This document shows positions 1-14,035 of a stretch of 64,000 bases of DNA, in pieces. The stretch's first letter is position 1; every line of letters begins with the position of its first letter. The notes beneath the pieces were generated by a model that was not told the origin of the DNA, searched no databases, and was given only the letters and a program-made list of their open reading frames with translations. A program made the position numbers and the translations under genes. The stretch is from Octopus vulgaris (lineage: Eukaryota). The stretch covers positions 38,874,001 through 38,938,000 of the forward strand of contig OX597839.1 of the NCBI GenBank assembly GCA_951406725.2, in the 5' to 3' direction.

Positions 1-162
1 TAACATACAAATAAAAGATAAAGGATATCAACCTTTAATTATTGTTCTTTATCATATTTTCTCTCTATATTTCCGTGTGATTTTCTTTCGCTTTCTAAAT
101 TAGTAATTCGTCCAAATACTCTGTTGTTGTACGTCTTTTAACCATCTTCTTAAAAGATTTCC

Positions 163-350
163 AGAGCGCCCGACACAATGCTTAGCGGCATTTCGCCTGT
201 CTGTAAGTTCTGAGTTCAAATTCTGCCAAGGTTCACTTTACCATTCTTCCTTTCGGGGGTCGAAGGAACCAGTACCATATGTACATTGGGGTCGATGTAA
301 TCGACTTGACCCCTCCTCCGAAATTGGTGGCCTTCTGCCAAAATTTGAAT
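163..350 (+). mobile_element. Meta-domain tRNA-derived SINE, subfamily C2 (old, 5'-truncated)
   Basis: B-box GAGTTCAAAT, Meta-like core (CTTTACCATTCTTCCTTTCGGGGGTCGA..GTACCA..TGGGGTCGATGTAATCGAC) and the C2 tail GGCCTTCTGCCAAAATTTGAA. Homologous to copies at 2240, 2393, 12265, 14036, 37741 and 60407. Confidence 0.7.
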
Positions 351-781
351 CTAGTCAATCGGACACTGCGATAGGCGGAACGTCCGCTTTAGCTTTTTAT
401 AGAGGATTAGTGGCAGCAAAATGCGACGACGTTCTTGGGGAGACTTTGAGTGTCTAAGAAGATCAGCTAGACGCTCTTTTCCGCAGAACTTTCGACCTTC
501 GACCGATGGAAAATTTCCAAGAATTTCTAGCCTGGCAGTGCTACCTGGGAGCATTGCATGTCCGAGATGTGCGCAGGAAGACGAGGCGGTCCTGTATGCA
601 CCCGTCCATTGCCCGAGCATTGCTGACCTCTGGGTTTATGTCGAACACCTACTGTCGCGTGTAGGACGGATCCCGCTGTCAACTGAATCTTTCATGAAGA
701 TCTCCCCGCCGCTTTCCTTTAACCGGGAAGGAAATGCTCTGTTTATATGCCTGGTGGCCATGGCGAAAGCGGTTGTGTGGT
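351..781 (+). mobile_element. Tx1/L1-clade LINE ORF2 C-terminal fragment (decayed)
   Basis: Frames read FQEFLAWQCYLGAL, then after a frameshift/deletion CPRCAQEDEAVLYAPVHCP (CCHC knuckle relic, zf-RVT-like region) and VEHLLSRVGRIPLSTESFMKISPPLSFN. The peptide is near-identical to the 12424-13108 copy. Confidence 0.75.
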
Positions 782-791
782 ATCAAAATAG

Positions 792-1172
792 TGGAGGCTC
801 AATGGCCTAGGGGTTAGGGCAGCGGACTTGCGGTCGTAGAATCGCAGTTTCGATTCCCAGACCGGGCGTTGTGAGTGCTTATTAAGCGAAAACACATAAA
901 GCTCCACGAGGCTCTGGTAGTGGGTGCTGGCGAACCCTGCTGTACTCATTCACCACAACTTTCTCTCACTCTTTCTTCCACTTTCTGTTGTACCTGTATT
1001 TCAAAGGGGCCAGCCTTGTCACACTCTGTGTCACGCTGAATCTCATCGAGAACATCGTTATGGGTACACGTGTCTGTGGAGTGCTCAGCCACTTACACGT
1101 TAATTTCACGAGCAGGCTGTTCCGTTGATCAGATCAACTGGAACCATCGTCGTCGTAACCGACGGAGTTCCA
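792..1172 (+). mobile_element. tRNA-derived SINE family B (~380 bp, OR1-like), full length
   Basis: A-box TGGCCTAGGGGTTAGG, B-box GTTTCGATTCC and 3' hairpins. Homologous to 40925-41314 and to the 19896 array. The OR1 name is inferred from size and head. Confidence 0.88.
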
Positions 1173-1239
1173 CGAAAAACAAAAAAACAAAAAGAATCAA
1201 ATGGACATGAGGGATCAATCGGTTAGCAAATTCGATTTT

Positions 1240-2238
1240 CCTCGTCTATTACTCTTATATCTGGCTTGTTATGTTCTATCTTATCCGTTTGAATAAGAAA
1301 CTCTTATAATATCTTGCCTGTTTCCGATAGAAATACTGTTTCTACCGGATGTGCCACCATATATTCTCTGCTTCAACGCCACCATTTTTGACAAAGCTTC
1401 CAGTCCAAAACTTTCACAACTTGGTCAGACTTTCATTTCTGATATTCTCCCTGGGTCAACTTGGGGCATTCTGCAACAATATTTGCCACTGTTTCATCTC
1501 CAAACTCCACACATTCTACATTCTGCCGACACCTTCTTCCCACACGTACATTTTTCCAAGATTTTTTGATTGCAACGCTTGATCTCGAGCTGCTATAATA
1601 AAGCCCACTGTTTCTTTTTTCAGCCAAACCCAGGATTTTCTTCCTCATACATACTCAGTGGCTTCCCGAAGCTGACCATTCAAAGGTTTCTTTTCAATCT
1701 GTTTAACCTCTGCTCTCTTTGAATTTTGCTTTTGTCTTTTTCTCCTTGTCCAGTCTTGATCACTTGTTCTTTATTCACTGCCTTTAGTAACTTTTCTTCT
1801 CTGTTATGTAAATAATCAAATAAGCCGTTTCGTTCTATCTACACACACTCCTTCACACCAATGAAGCTTCTTTCACCCTGGTCTCTCTTCAAGCACAACC
1901 AGTCACTATCAACTTTCGAATGGCGGGAGCCATATATGGCCAACAACTTTCTAGTTTTTCTATCAAGTTTCTGCGTTTCGCTTTTTGTCCAGTCTCCAAT
2001 TCTGGCTCCATACCTGACAACTGACACTGCTTTTGAATAAATTGCTTAAATAACATTTCTTGAACTCAACCTTCATTATAATATTTCCTCCACTCTCCTT
2101 GTATACTCCCTACTTGCAGTTTGCTTCATCGCTTCATCTTTCATTTCGTCTGCCTCTAGTGTTTCTAAATACATATACCGCTGTCCTTTCTCAACTGATT
2201 TCACTGTTTGCCAGTTTGGCATTTTAATTCTTTGGCTT
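1240..2238 (-). mobile_element. R4/Dong-clade (restriction-like endonuclease) non-LTR retrotransposon fragment
   Basis: Minus-strand peptides: YMYLETLEAD...REYTRRV, VVRYGARIGDWTKSETQKLDRKTRKLL...LKRDQGERSFIGVKECV, knuckle relic DETVANIVAECPKL, and RLE motif HNKPDI. Contains multiple stops and frameshifts. Confidence 0.85.
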
Positions 2239-2239
2239 C

Positions 2240-2390
2240 CATTCTGAGTTCAAATCCCACCGGAGCCAATTTTACCTTTAATCCTTAAGGGTGTTAATAA
2301 AATAAAGTACCAGTCATATACTGCGGCTGATTGTGTCGACTAAACCGTTTCCCCTCAAGATTGCCGGCCTTGTGCCAGAATTTAAAATCA
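2240..2390 (+). mobile_element. SINE C2, 5'-truncated
   Basis: TTCTGAGTTCAAATCC B-box, core and GGCCTTGTGCCAGAATTTAAAA tail. Confidence 0.65.
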
Positions 2391-2392
2391 TA

Positions 2393-2948
2393 AGGCGGAT
2401 AACTGACAGGATCATTAACACGCCCAACAAAATGCTTAGCAGCATTTCTTCCAGTTCTATACGTTCTGAGTTCAAATACCACCGAAGTCAACTTTGTCTT
2501 TTATCCTCCCAGGACTATAAAATAACATTCTTGCTCACAACATCATAAGCGAAAAGTGTAACCTCTCGAAAGAGCTGTTCTTCACTTCTGCTCCAGAGCG
2601 TCGGCTGCGGGGTCATTCCGAAAAGCTCTATCTGCGACGATTTCATCTCAATCGAAGGAGAGGGCTTTCTCCGTCCGGGTTGCGGATCCGTGGAATAAGC
2701 TGCCAGACGAGATGGTGAAGATGCCGACGACCGCTCGGTTCAAAGTCTCCCTTGACCTCAAGTGGCCTGAACTCTTTACATGAACACCACGCTGTACATA
2801 ACTCCATGTCCCCCTACATGGCCTTGCTTTTTGCTTTTTGAGCCAAAAAATTAACTAACTAACATACCAGTGAAATTCTGGGGCCAGTTTAATCAACTAA
2901 TTTTCCGCTAAAATTTCTTGCCTTGTGTGTCAATTAGAAGTAATTATT
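2393..2948 (+). mobile_element. SINE C2 interrupted by a CR1 insertion
   Basis: The head AGGCGGATAACTGACAGGATCATTAAC runs to ~2522. The core and tail resume at ~2863 (CATACCAGTG...GCCTTGTGTGTC). Confidence 0.65.
2523..2863 (+). mobile_element. CR1-clade LINE 3' end
   Basis: ELFFTSAPERRLRGHSEKLY...FSVRVADPWNKLPDEMVKMPTTARFKVSLDLKW matches the CR1 ORF2 C-terminus pattern (RGH..KL, FS.RV...WN.LP, FK..LD). Short 3' UTR, (TAAC)n tail and possible TAACAT TSD. Confidence 0.85.
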
Positions 2949-3182
2949 GACTAAGTATAATTCTATTTCCGTTAACAGAATTTAACATTTAAAGGTTTAA
3001 GTTAAAGTGGTTCAACACGATTAAATGGTGTGTGTGTCTTTGTGTATGTATATGTGTGTGTATATGTGTGTGTGCACATGTATAACCCTGGGTACATGGG
3101 TGTATGCATGCCTGTGCGTGTACATGTCTACTTATATGCAAAGGCATACAAACATGTGCGCCCACAATACATTGTAAATGCG

Positions 3183-3220
<38 letters not shown>

Positions 3221-3263
3221 TACATACATACACATATATTTGCATATATCTATACATACATAT

Positions 3264-3316
<53 letters not shown>

Positions 3317-3495
3317 TATGTGTGTGTGAGTGCTTATATATATATATATATATATATGCATATGTGTGTGTGAGTGCTTATATATATATATATATATATA
3401 TATATACGTATGTGTTTGTGTGTAGATCTTTAATTAACTCTTGATACGCACAGATGCTTGTTTCCCACGAGGAGTTACACACACACATTCACACA

Positions 3496-3540
<45 letters not shown>

Positions 3541-3860
3541 AAGCAGAACTTTCTTCTTCCTCCTCCTCCTCCTCCTCCAGTTTTAATTAGTGCCGTGCCT
3601 AGGTTTTAATTGAATTCCTTTAATTAATTAATTTAACTCTTCAATATTCCATCTTCCCAGATTTCTGCTATCGATTGGAGAAAAGGGCAGGGCCGGGATG
3701 GGGGGGTAGAGGGAGGGGAAAAGGCTTTCGCCCACCACCACCACCACCACCACCACCACCACCACCACCACCACCACCAATACGTCCAACCCTCTCCGTT
3801 TTTCATCACTGGACTCCTGTCACTGGAGTTCGAATCTGGTGAGGGAGGCAACAGGAACGC

Positions 3861-3896
<36 letters not shown>

Positions 3897-4139
3897 ACTA
3901 CTACTACTACTACTACTACTACAAATGATTCCAACATCAGACCACTTCTACAGCTAATACTACCACTACAAAAGTGAACTCAACTACGACACCACGAAGA
4001 CAACGACGACGACCACCACCACCACCAAAACTACTATTACGACAACAACAACAACAACAACAACAACGACAATGAGCACTGCTATTACTACTACTGCTGC
4101 TGCTGCTACTACTACTACTACTACTACTACTGCTACTGC

Positions 4140-4175
<36 letters not shown>

Positions 4176-4507
4176 CACCACTACCACCAAAACTACTATT
4201 ACGACAACAACAACAACAACAACGACAATGAGCACTGCTATTACTACTACTACTACTACTACTGCTACTACTACTACTGCTACTACTATAACAAAAATGA
4301 GTTCAACACCACCAAGTACTACTACAGCTAATACTGGGATCCAGTCGATGGTTTGATGACAGAAGATCGTGCCTGAGATACCACGCAGTGGTATTGAACA
4401 CAGAAGCTCGTGATTACGGCGCGAACTTCTTAACCACAAATTCAAACCTGTATCCATAGAAACAAGAACAAAAAAAAGGATCAAATGCACCACCACCACC
4501 ACGTACT

Positions 4508-4745
<238 letters not shown>

Positions 4746-4781
4746 TGTATATATACGTATATATATATATATGTATATATG

Positions 4782-4817
<36 letters not shown>

Positions 4818-4865
4818 CATGTATATATATGTATATATATGTATATATATGTATATATATATATG

Positions 4866-4897
<32 letters not shown>

Positions 4898-4950
4898 AGT
4901 ACGTGTACATCTATCTATCTATCTGTATGTCTGTCTATCTATCTTTCTAT

Positions 4951-5053
<103 letters not shown>

Positions 5054-5191
5054 TATGTATATATATATATACACTCACTGAGATTGTGATAGACACGTTA
5101 CAAAAGCTTTCCATATTGACAAACATGTTTAACTCTCTACCCAACCCTGCGTTCCAACATCACTTAGATGTACCGAGAGAGAGAGAGAGAG

Positions 5192-5238
<47 letters not shown>

Positions 5239-5921
5239 ACGAGACACACATACATACATACATAAATTACATACATACATACATACATACATTCGTACAT
5301 ACGTACATACATACATCTCGGACAGGAAGCACCTTAAAACCTTAAGACAACAACACTCAATGGTTTCAGAAACATCAATGAAAATAATAGAGATGGATCT
5401 GGTCATTCTGTTCTATGGAAGCATTTCCTTGGACTGCTGCCATTCGCCAACAACCGACCAATATTCAAGCCATTATTATTATTATTTAGACAAATGCTAA
5501 TAGGAAATCTTTTCGCCCACACGCAACCACCTTCTCGTTTCAAGACAAGTATTTTTACTCAATTGCATCCAATATGTTAAATCTTCGAGATATTTCCAAA
5601 GGTCCATTCACATGAAACAACACAATGGCCGCAAGAACAGCAGCAGTTGTTGTTATTATTATTTTTTTGTTGTTGTTTTCTTTATTTTATGATTATTATT
5701 ATTATATTTGTTTTATTATTGTTATTATTATTATTATTGTTGCTTTTCTTTTCGTTTCTTGGATTCTATCCATCATTTCGCAAAACGGAACGAAACAATA
5801 TTCGCCAAAATTGATTGAAAAGTGATTCGATAGTACAAAAGTATCAGATGCTTCAATAAGCATCATCCATATATTGGCAGACACAGATCGAGAAGAATAT
5901 TTTCCCTCTCTCCTCTCTCTT

Positions 5922-5961
<40 letters not shown>

Positions 5962-6132
5962 TTGTTATCTATCTAGCTATCTGTCCATCTTTTTGCCCCA
6001 TCTTCCGCTCTCTCTCCCACCTCTCACTCACTGACTCCCTCTCTCTCTCTCTCTCTTTCGTTCCTGTATACATCCATATCTCTCCATGTCCCGTCTCTTC
6101 CGATCTATCTGCCTCTCTCTCACTCCCATCTA

Positions 6133-6183
<51 letters not shown>

Positions 6184-6279
6184 GTCCATTGTCTATTTTG
6201 CCTTCATACTTTTCTTTCGTTTGCACTGACGATATATAAATTGACATACGGCAAAATTCCGATATCACTATCGCTTTCA

Positions 6280-6320
<41 letters not shown>

Positions 6321-6376
6321 AGCCTGTGTATGTGTGGGACTGTAATCGCGCACGTTATCCTGTATATGTTGGCAGC

Positions 6377-6434
<58 letters not shown>

Positions 6435-6461
6435 CATACATACATATATATATATATATAC

Positions 6462-6552
<91 letters not shown>

Positions 6553-6595
6553 CCTATCCATTCTTGTTGCTTCATTCTCGCGTATATATATATAC

Positions 6596-6632
<37 letters not shown>

Positions 6633-6676
6633 CATATATATATTTACATATATGTATATATATATATACATACATA

Positions 6677-6720
<44 letters not shown>

Positions 6721-6782
6721 CATATATATACATATGTATGTATAAATGTATATATATATATAAGCATATATCTCTCTCTCTA

Positions 6783-6816
<34 letters not shown>

Positions 6817-6894
6817 AAACTATCCAGCTATCTCTGTATCTGTCTGTCTGTCTATCTGCCTGCCTACCTACTTGTCTCTGGCTCTTACTCCCAC

Positions 6895-6936
<42 letters not shown>

Positions 6937-7342
6937 GTATATATCATCATCATCATCATTCCGTCTCTCTTTTATGTTGATTGATCTCTTCAAAGGCTGG
7001 AAGAAAGAGTCTAAAGGTAAACAGGTTATGCACCTTTACAGAGAGATATTGACAGCCCTCACATCTCATATGAACTCACTCACTTCGCTTTTCAATTAAC
7101 TTTTTTCTCGTCCTTCTGGCCTATCGCCGATGTGGGAATAAAACCAATGTGGTAAACATGATGCCACAATTTGGCCGCTTCTCTAGTTTTCTCTCTCTCT
7201 CTATGACAAGTACAGACTCTCTGTTTCAATCTTCATATTATATTACAATATTATATGTACACACACACACACACATTCTAAATAATGTCATATATATATA
7301 TATATTCAAGTCTATATACATATATACACATTATAAATAATG

Positions 7343-7389
<47 letters not shown>

Positions 7390-7956
7390 CATATGTATGC
7401 ATATATGTGAATATATATATATATATATATATACATACATATGTATGTATATATGTGAATATATATATACATATATATGCATATATATGTATATATCTAT
7501 ATATATGTATGTATATGTATATATATATATCATGTAATGTTATATACATATTTGTATGAGGGTATGTATTTGTGTGTGTGTGTGTGTGTGTATTTATACA
7601 TATGTATATATTCGATGTAATGTCGTACAAATTTGCATATTCTTTACGTATGGAATGTGTATGTCAGTCGGAGTCTCCTTCGGTCGCTCTCCATAGTTAT
7701 AACCATCACAAAGCGGACATAGTTAATACCCAAATCTAGAGAGTTGTATCCGAAATTGTCTACTTGTTACTCCAGACTTTACATACATACACACACACTT
7801 ACATACACACTCGCACATGCATACATACCTACCTACCTACCTACCTACCTACCTACCAACCTACCTACCTACCTACCTACCTACATATTTACATACATTC
7901 ATACAAACTCATACGTACATACAAATACATACCTGAATACATACTTACATACATAC

Positions 7957-7989
<33 letters not shown>

Positions 7990-8133
7990 CATAAAAATAT
8001 ACATATATACATACATACAGACACACTCATACATACGTACATACATACACACACACATAATTACATATTTACAAAGATTCATACAAACTCATAAGTACAT
8101 ACAAATACATACATGGATACATACATACATACA

Positions 8134-8165
<32 letters not shown>

Positions 8166-8174
8166 CATACATAT

Positions 8175-8211
<37 letters not shown>

Positions 8212-8240
8212 TACATACATACATACATATACATACATAT

Positions 8241-8277
<37 letters not shown>

Positions 8278-8329
8278 TACATACATACATACATAAAAAA
8301 GATGTGTATTGTGTATCTTTTATCCAATT

Positions 8330-8507
8330 TTCTATCTTCTGCTTGCTTCAGTCATTAGACTTCGGCCATGCTGGGGCACTGCCCTGAAGAATTTCTTTTA
8401 GTCGAATGAAATGATAACCGTACTTATCTTTTTTTAAATCTTGGTACTTCTTTCATCGTCTCTGTTGCCGAACAGCTAGGTTACGGGGACGTATACACTC
8501 ACCAACG
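8330..8507 (-). mobile_element. SINE family A (OK-like), 3' half
   Basis: Reverse complement of the family A tail (CCCCAGCATGGCCG..GTC..TGACTGAA) and CGTCCCCGTAAC. Confidence 0.7.
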
Positions 8508-9338
8508 CTATATACATACTAATAAACACACACATATATATATATACACACTCACACACACAAACACGTACATATATACATGTACATACATACATATATA
8601 TATATTTATGTCTGTATATGTGTGTGTGCATGAGTGAGTAAAATCAAAATATGTGTGTATGTGTATATATACATATATATATGTATATATATGTATATGT
8701 ACATATGTGTATATGTACATATATGTATGTATATATATATATTTAAATATACATACATACAAACATAACACACACTCACACACCTATATATGTGTATACA
8801 TATGCATATATATGTACATATTGTACATATTTATATATATATATATATACTTATGTATATACACACAGATACATTACACATACATATAAATACATACACA
8901 CACATACTCGCACATCACCCCCCCCCCAACACACACACACACATACATCTAGGTATGTAGTTTACGGCAATTGTAATTAAAATTCCGGCAACTTACGCCA
9001 AGAGAAAAAAAATAAAAAAACGGAAATAACAACAAAAACAACTCCAATTAGACGATTCGAGAATATTTCAAGAGTTTGCTTTGATGGCTGCCAGGTCTGT
9101 CACTCTGAACATCTACTTAACTCATTAATCTGTTCATGGGGTTTCTTCTGCTCGGCCAATGTAACCCGTCGACCCTCCGTCGGTCCACCCCGCTCTCTTC
9201 TTCAACCTCAGGAGCAGGTTGTAACAAACGTTACTTCAATTTCATTTTACAGGTGTTTGGAAGTGTTACGATTGTTTACCTTGTGTTTAGGTAAATATTA
9301 GAGACACCAAGGTAAAGCTCGTGCTGTTGCGTGGGATC

Positions 9339-9520
9339 TTTTTTTTTTTTTTTGGTTCACGTCAGGTGGTGGTTGGGGGTTACACGAAGTGGTCCTGGCG
9401 TCGCGGTGGAAAGGGGCCGAAACCGCTACAGAGCCACTTCACCCCGATGAGATGTCATTGACTTCTGTATTCAGAGATGGAGATTAGCAGCGCCCTCAAC
9501 ATGAATTTTTTTAACTTTAA
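9339..9520 (-). mobile_element. Probable 3' end of a polyadenylated retroposon (LINE-like)
   Basis: The minus strand reads ...KKIHVEGAANLHL-stop, then a GC-rich hairpin UTR (9376-9445), then A15 (T15 at 9339-9353). Confidence 0.35.
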
Positions 9521-9529
9521 AGTATATAC

Positions 9530-10020
9530 ATGTATGTATGTATGTATGTATGTATGTATGTATGTATGTATGTATGTATGTATGTATGTATGTGTGTGTG
9601 TATGTATGTGTGTATGTATGTATGTATGTATGTGTGTATGTATGTATGTATGTGTGTATGTATGTATGTATGTATGTATGTTTGTATGTATGTATGTTTG
9701 TATGTATGTATGTATGTACGTATGTATGTATGTATGTATGTATTATGTATGTATGCATGTATGTATGTATGTATGTATGTATGTATGTATGTATGTATGT
9801 ATGTATGTATGTATGTATGTATGTATTATGTATGTATGTATTATGTATGTATGTATGTATTATGTATGTATGTATGTATTATGTATGTATGTATATATGT
9901 ATTATGTATGTATGTATGTATGTATTATGTATGTATGTATTATGTATGTATGTATTATGTATGTATATATGTATTATGTATGTATGTAAGTATGTATGTG
10001 TGTGTATGTATGTATGTATG
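9530..10020. repeat. (TATG)n microsatellite with variant units
   Basis: Seen directly. Similar tracts lie at 16795-17700, 40382-40595, 41700-42160 and 50010-50580. Confidence 0.95.
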
Positions 10021-10338
10021 TACAGTAATCTCTCGCCGTATCAAGGTTCAGCTTAAAAACAACAATATAAATACTGGTGTTCATTTATTTGACTAAAACA
10101 CTTTAATGCATTCACAAAATATGCGTTAAAAACACTGTATATTAGATTTAGAGCTCTCGTTCCTACGATTCACAAATGAGACGAAGCTTGCCTCGCTCCT
10201 ATGTCGAGTTTTTTTTACGTAACATGTCCGTGAAGACGAAAAACACAGCATCACGCTGCGGTGTATATACGTTAAAATGGTACACGTATAGCTATTTTAA
10301 ATTAGCAGTGTTTCAATTGCTTACAGGGAACCACTATA
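10021..10338. mobile_element. pogo/Tigger-derived MITE-like element
   Basis: Begins TACAGTAATCTCTCG and ends CAGGGAACCACTATA, which resemble degenerate Tigger-type CAGT termini with TA flanks. Confidence 0.35.
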
Positions 10339-10339
10339 C

Positions 10340-10399
<60 letters not shown>

Positions 10400-10443
10400 T
10401 CTATCTATCTGTTCGTCTGTCTGCCCATCTGTCTATCTATCCT

Positions 10444-10508
<65 letters not shown>

Positions 10509-10510
10509 GA

Positions 10511-10549
<39 letters not shown>

Positions 10550-10720
10550 CACATGTATATATATACATGGACATACTTCCAAAACACACACACAGACACA
10601 TGTAAATATAAAACAAAAATAGCAACGCAGCATTTAGCTAGAATGTCAATACTGGTTTTTAGAACATGATATTAAGGATTTAGAGAACACTCAGTAAAAA
10701 AAAACAGAATCACTGTGACA

Positions 10721-10763
<43 letters not shown>

Positions 10764-10781
10764 TTATTATTACTACTACCA

Positions 10782-10839
<58 letters not shown>

Positions 10840-10911
10840 CACTACTACTACTAGAATATACCGGTAAAACAGCGGACTGATTAGACTGGCATTTATACGT
10901 GCACATACAAT

Positions 10912-10973
<62 letters not shown>

Positions 10974-11003
10974 GTATGTGTGTATATATATATATATATA
11001 TAT

Positions 11004-11598
<595 letters not shown>

Positions 11599-12208
11599 TT
11601 TTCTCTCTCTCTTTTTCTCTCTCTCTCTCTTTTTCTCCACCACCCCCTCGTTATATATTCTGCTCCAATACTCCGCCTCTCTTAAATCTCCTTGATTTTC
11701 CTTTGCCCCACCCCCTCCACAAAAAACCCCCCAGAAAACAAAACAAAACAAACTCCCCCCCTCACAGTTCTATTCAAAATATCATTTTTTTTCCTCTTCG
11801 TCTTCCATATTCCATATTTCATATTCTTTGCTCAACTTTTTCAATTGTTCTGCAAAAATCCCGATCCGTTTCTTCAGCACTTTCCACCATTCATCTAAGA
11901 TCTGTCATTTACTTTCTCATTAAGACGCCATTCAGTGTGCTTTTTTTTGTGTGTGTGTGCGTGTGTGTGTGTGTATGTGCGTGTGTGTGTGTGTGTGTGC
12001 GTGTGTGTGTGTGTGACTGGAAAGAACACTCTACGTATATATTGAAGTTCGTAATAATAATAACAATAATAATAATGATAATATTTCACTACTTCCCCTC
12101 CCCAAGCTTTCAGTCATACTGTAACATTTCTTATCCTTCACTCACTCCAGGATGCTGGGTGTGTCTCAACAAGTGACTGTAACATATATTCAAATTCAAA
12201 GTAAGATG

Positions 12209-12264
<56 letters not shown>

Positions 12265-12265
<1 letters not shown>

Positions 12266-12420
12266 TTTTCTACTATATGCACAAGGCCTGAAATTTTGGG
12301 GAAGGGACTAGTTGATTACATCGCTCCCTCTACACAACTGAATTTAATTTATCAATCCGGAAAGGATGAAGGGTAAAGTCGACTTCGACGGAATTTGAAC
12401 CCAGAACGTAAAGAATGACG
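12265..12420 (-). mobile_element. SINE C2, 5'-truncated, inside an (ATT)n tract
   Basis: Reverse-complement B-box (GGAATTTGAACCCAGAACG), core and tail, flanked by (AAT)n. Confidence 0.7.
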
Positions 12421-12423
12421 TAC

Positions 12424-13108
12424 AATAATAATAATAATAATTTCTTTATTAACCACAAGTGTTTACATTAAGAAAAACATTATAGACAGCACAGGACAAA
12501 ACAAAAGAATGTGTTAGTGTATGTGTATGTGTTTGTGCGTGTGTGTTTGTGCGTGTGTGCTTGTGTGTGTGTGCGTGTTGTGAGAGTTTTGCGTGTAAAC
12601 AAGACTAACAAAATTAAAAAGAAAGATCATAATGTGCAATCCTCAATAGGGAGGAGACATTCAAGGAAAAAACCCCATAAAAACCATGGGTAACCTGACT
12701 TTTGGGGCAGGTGCCTTTTTTCCTTTCATTTTCCCAAACTACAGGCGTATGCTCAAGGCAGGCGTGTTTACTCGCACCATTCTTGCTACTTTCATCCATC
12801 TTTCAGCAAACTGGCTAGAAGACAACACTCCCCTCTTCATCCTTATTTTCCTTTTCAAGTGAAACTTGAAGAAGTTCCACAGGGATTAGCCAAAGAGAAA
12901 AGTGTTTGTCTTCAGCCCCTCCAATCTCGTCCACCACACAACCGCTTTCGTCCTGGCCACCAGGCATATAAACACATCCTTTCCTCAGTTAAAGGAAAGT
13001 GGCGGAACAATCTTCATGAAAGATTCAGTTGACAGCCAGATCCGTCCTACACTCGACAGTAGGTGTTCGACAGTGCTCGGGCACTGGACGAGTGCATGCA
13101 GGACCGTC
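12424..13108 (-). mobile_element. Tx1/L1-clade LINE 3' end (ORF2 C-terminus, 3' UTR, (TTA)n tail)
   Basis: TVLHALVQCP...VEHLLSSVGRIWLSTESFMKIVPPLSFN...FICLVARTKAVVWWTRL...RWMKVARMVRV ends at a stop at 12739-12741. The 3' end reads CTTGTGGTTAATAAAGAAAT(TAT)n. Confidence 0.8.
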
Positions 13109-13110
13109 CC

Positions 13111-13245
13111 AGGCGGCACTTTTAAAGAGGCGGCACTTTTCATCCTGTTGTAGGCTATTGCTGTAGACAATATTTGTTTTTTGTGGGGTCCGAGGGCGGC
13201 AAATGGAAGCGCCGCCCCAGACAGCACACACTCAAGCTACGCTAG
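13111..13245 (-). mobile_element. Possible hAT-like DNA transposon terminus
   Basis: The minus strand starts ACTAGCGTAGCTTG and carries repeated GCCGCCC/GGCGGCAC subterminal motifs. Confidence 0.3.
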
Positions 13246-13677
13246 TACATACTAGTGGCAGTTGCATAGCGACCATTCGAAAGTAACAGTCGCAGTATCA
13301 CCAGCTCGCCATTTCACATTCCGTATGATGCTTACTTTAGGATTTTTACCGAACGTTAAGCACTTTAGTAGTTGCCAGCGGTTGTCGACCTATGATGGGT
13401 GAAAAACTGATGTGAACAACTTCAGTGAATGTGGACGTGTAGCTGAGTATGAAGTCGTTGTTTTTGGCAAGACACAATATAGTTCTTAAAACCATGTAGT
13501 GCGATTCGAAAGCAAAAACAAACAAAAGGGCCCCAGGGGAAAAAAGAAGAGAGTGCTAGAGCGAGTCAGCGCTAAGCAGAGCAGCATTAAAGTGTGTGTA
13601 TGTGTGTGTGTTCACGCGCGCGGATGCAATCACTATGAACGTAATGCAATTGTCATCAGCATTACCGAAGTAATCCT

Positions 13678-13708
<31 letters not shown>

Positions 13709-13804
13709 ATCATCATCATCGCTGTCGGCGTTTTCGTCGTCAAGTTATCACAATCATCATCACTCAAAACCTCTTCCCGTCTTTATTATCATTGCAAACA
13801 CCAA

Positions 13805-14035
13805 GGCGGTGAGACGGCAGAATCGTTAGCACGCCGGGCGAAATGCTTTGCGGTATTTCGTCTGCCGTTACGTTCTGAGTTCAAATTCCGCCGAGGTCGA
13901 CTTTGCCTTTCATCCTTTCGGGGTCGATTAAATAAATACCAGTTACGCACTGGGGTAGACGTAATCGACTTAATCCCTTTGTCTGTCCTTGTTTGTCCTC
14001 TCTGTGTTTAGCCCCTTGTTGGCAATAAAGAAACA
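13805..14035 (+). mobile_element. Meta-domain SINE subfamily C1 (Tx1-like tail), nested in a C2 SINE
   Basis: Intact head, B-box and core, with tail ...GCCCCTTGTTGGCAATAAAGAAACA. AGAATCGTTA is duplicated at 13819-13828 and 14036-14045. Confidence 0.85.
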
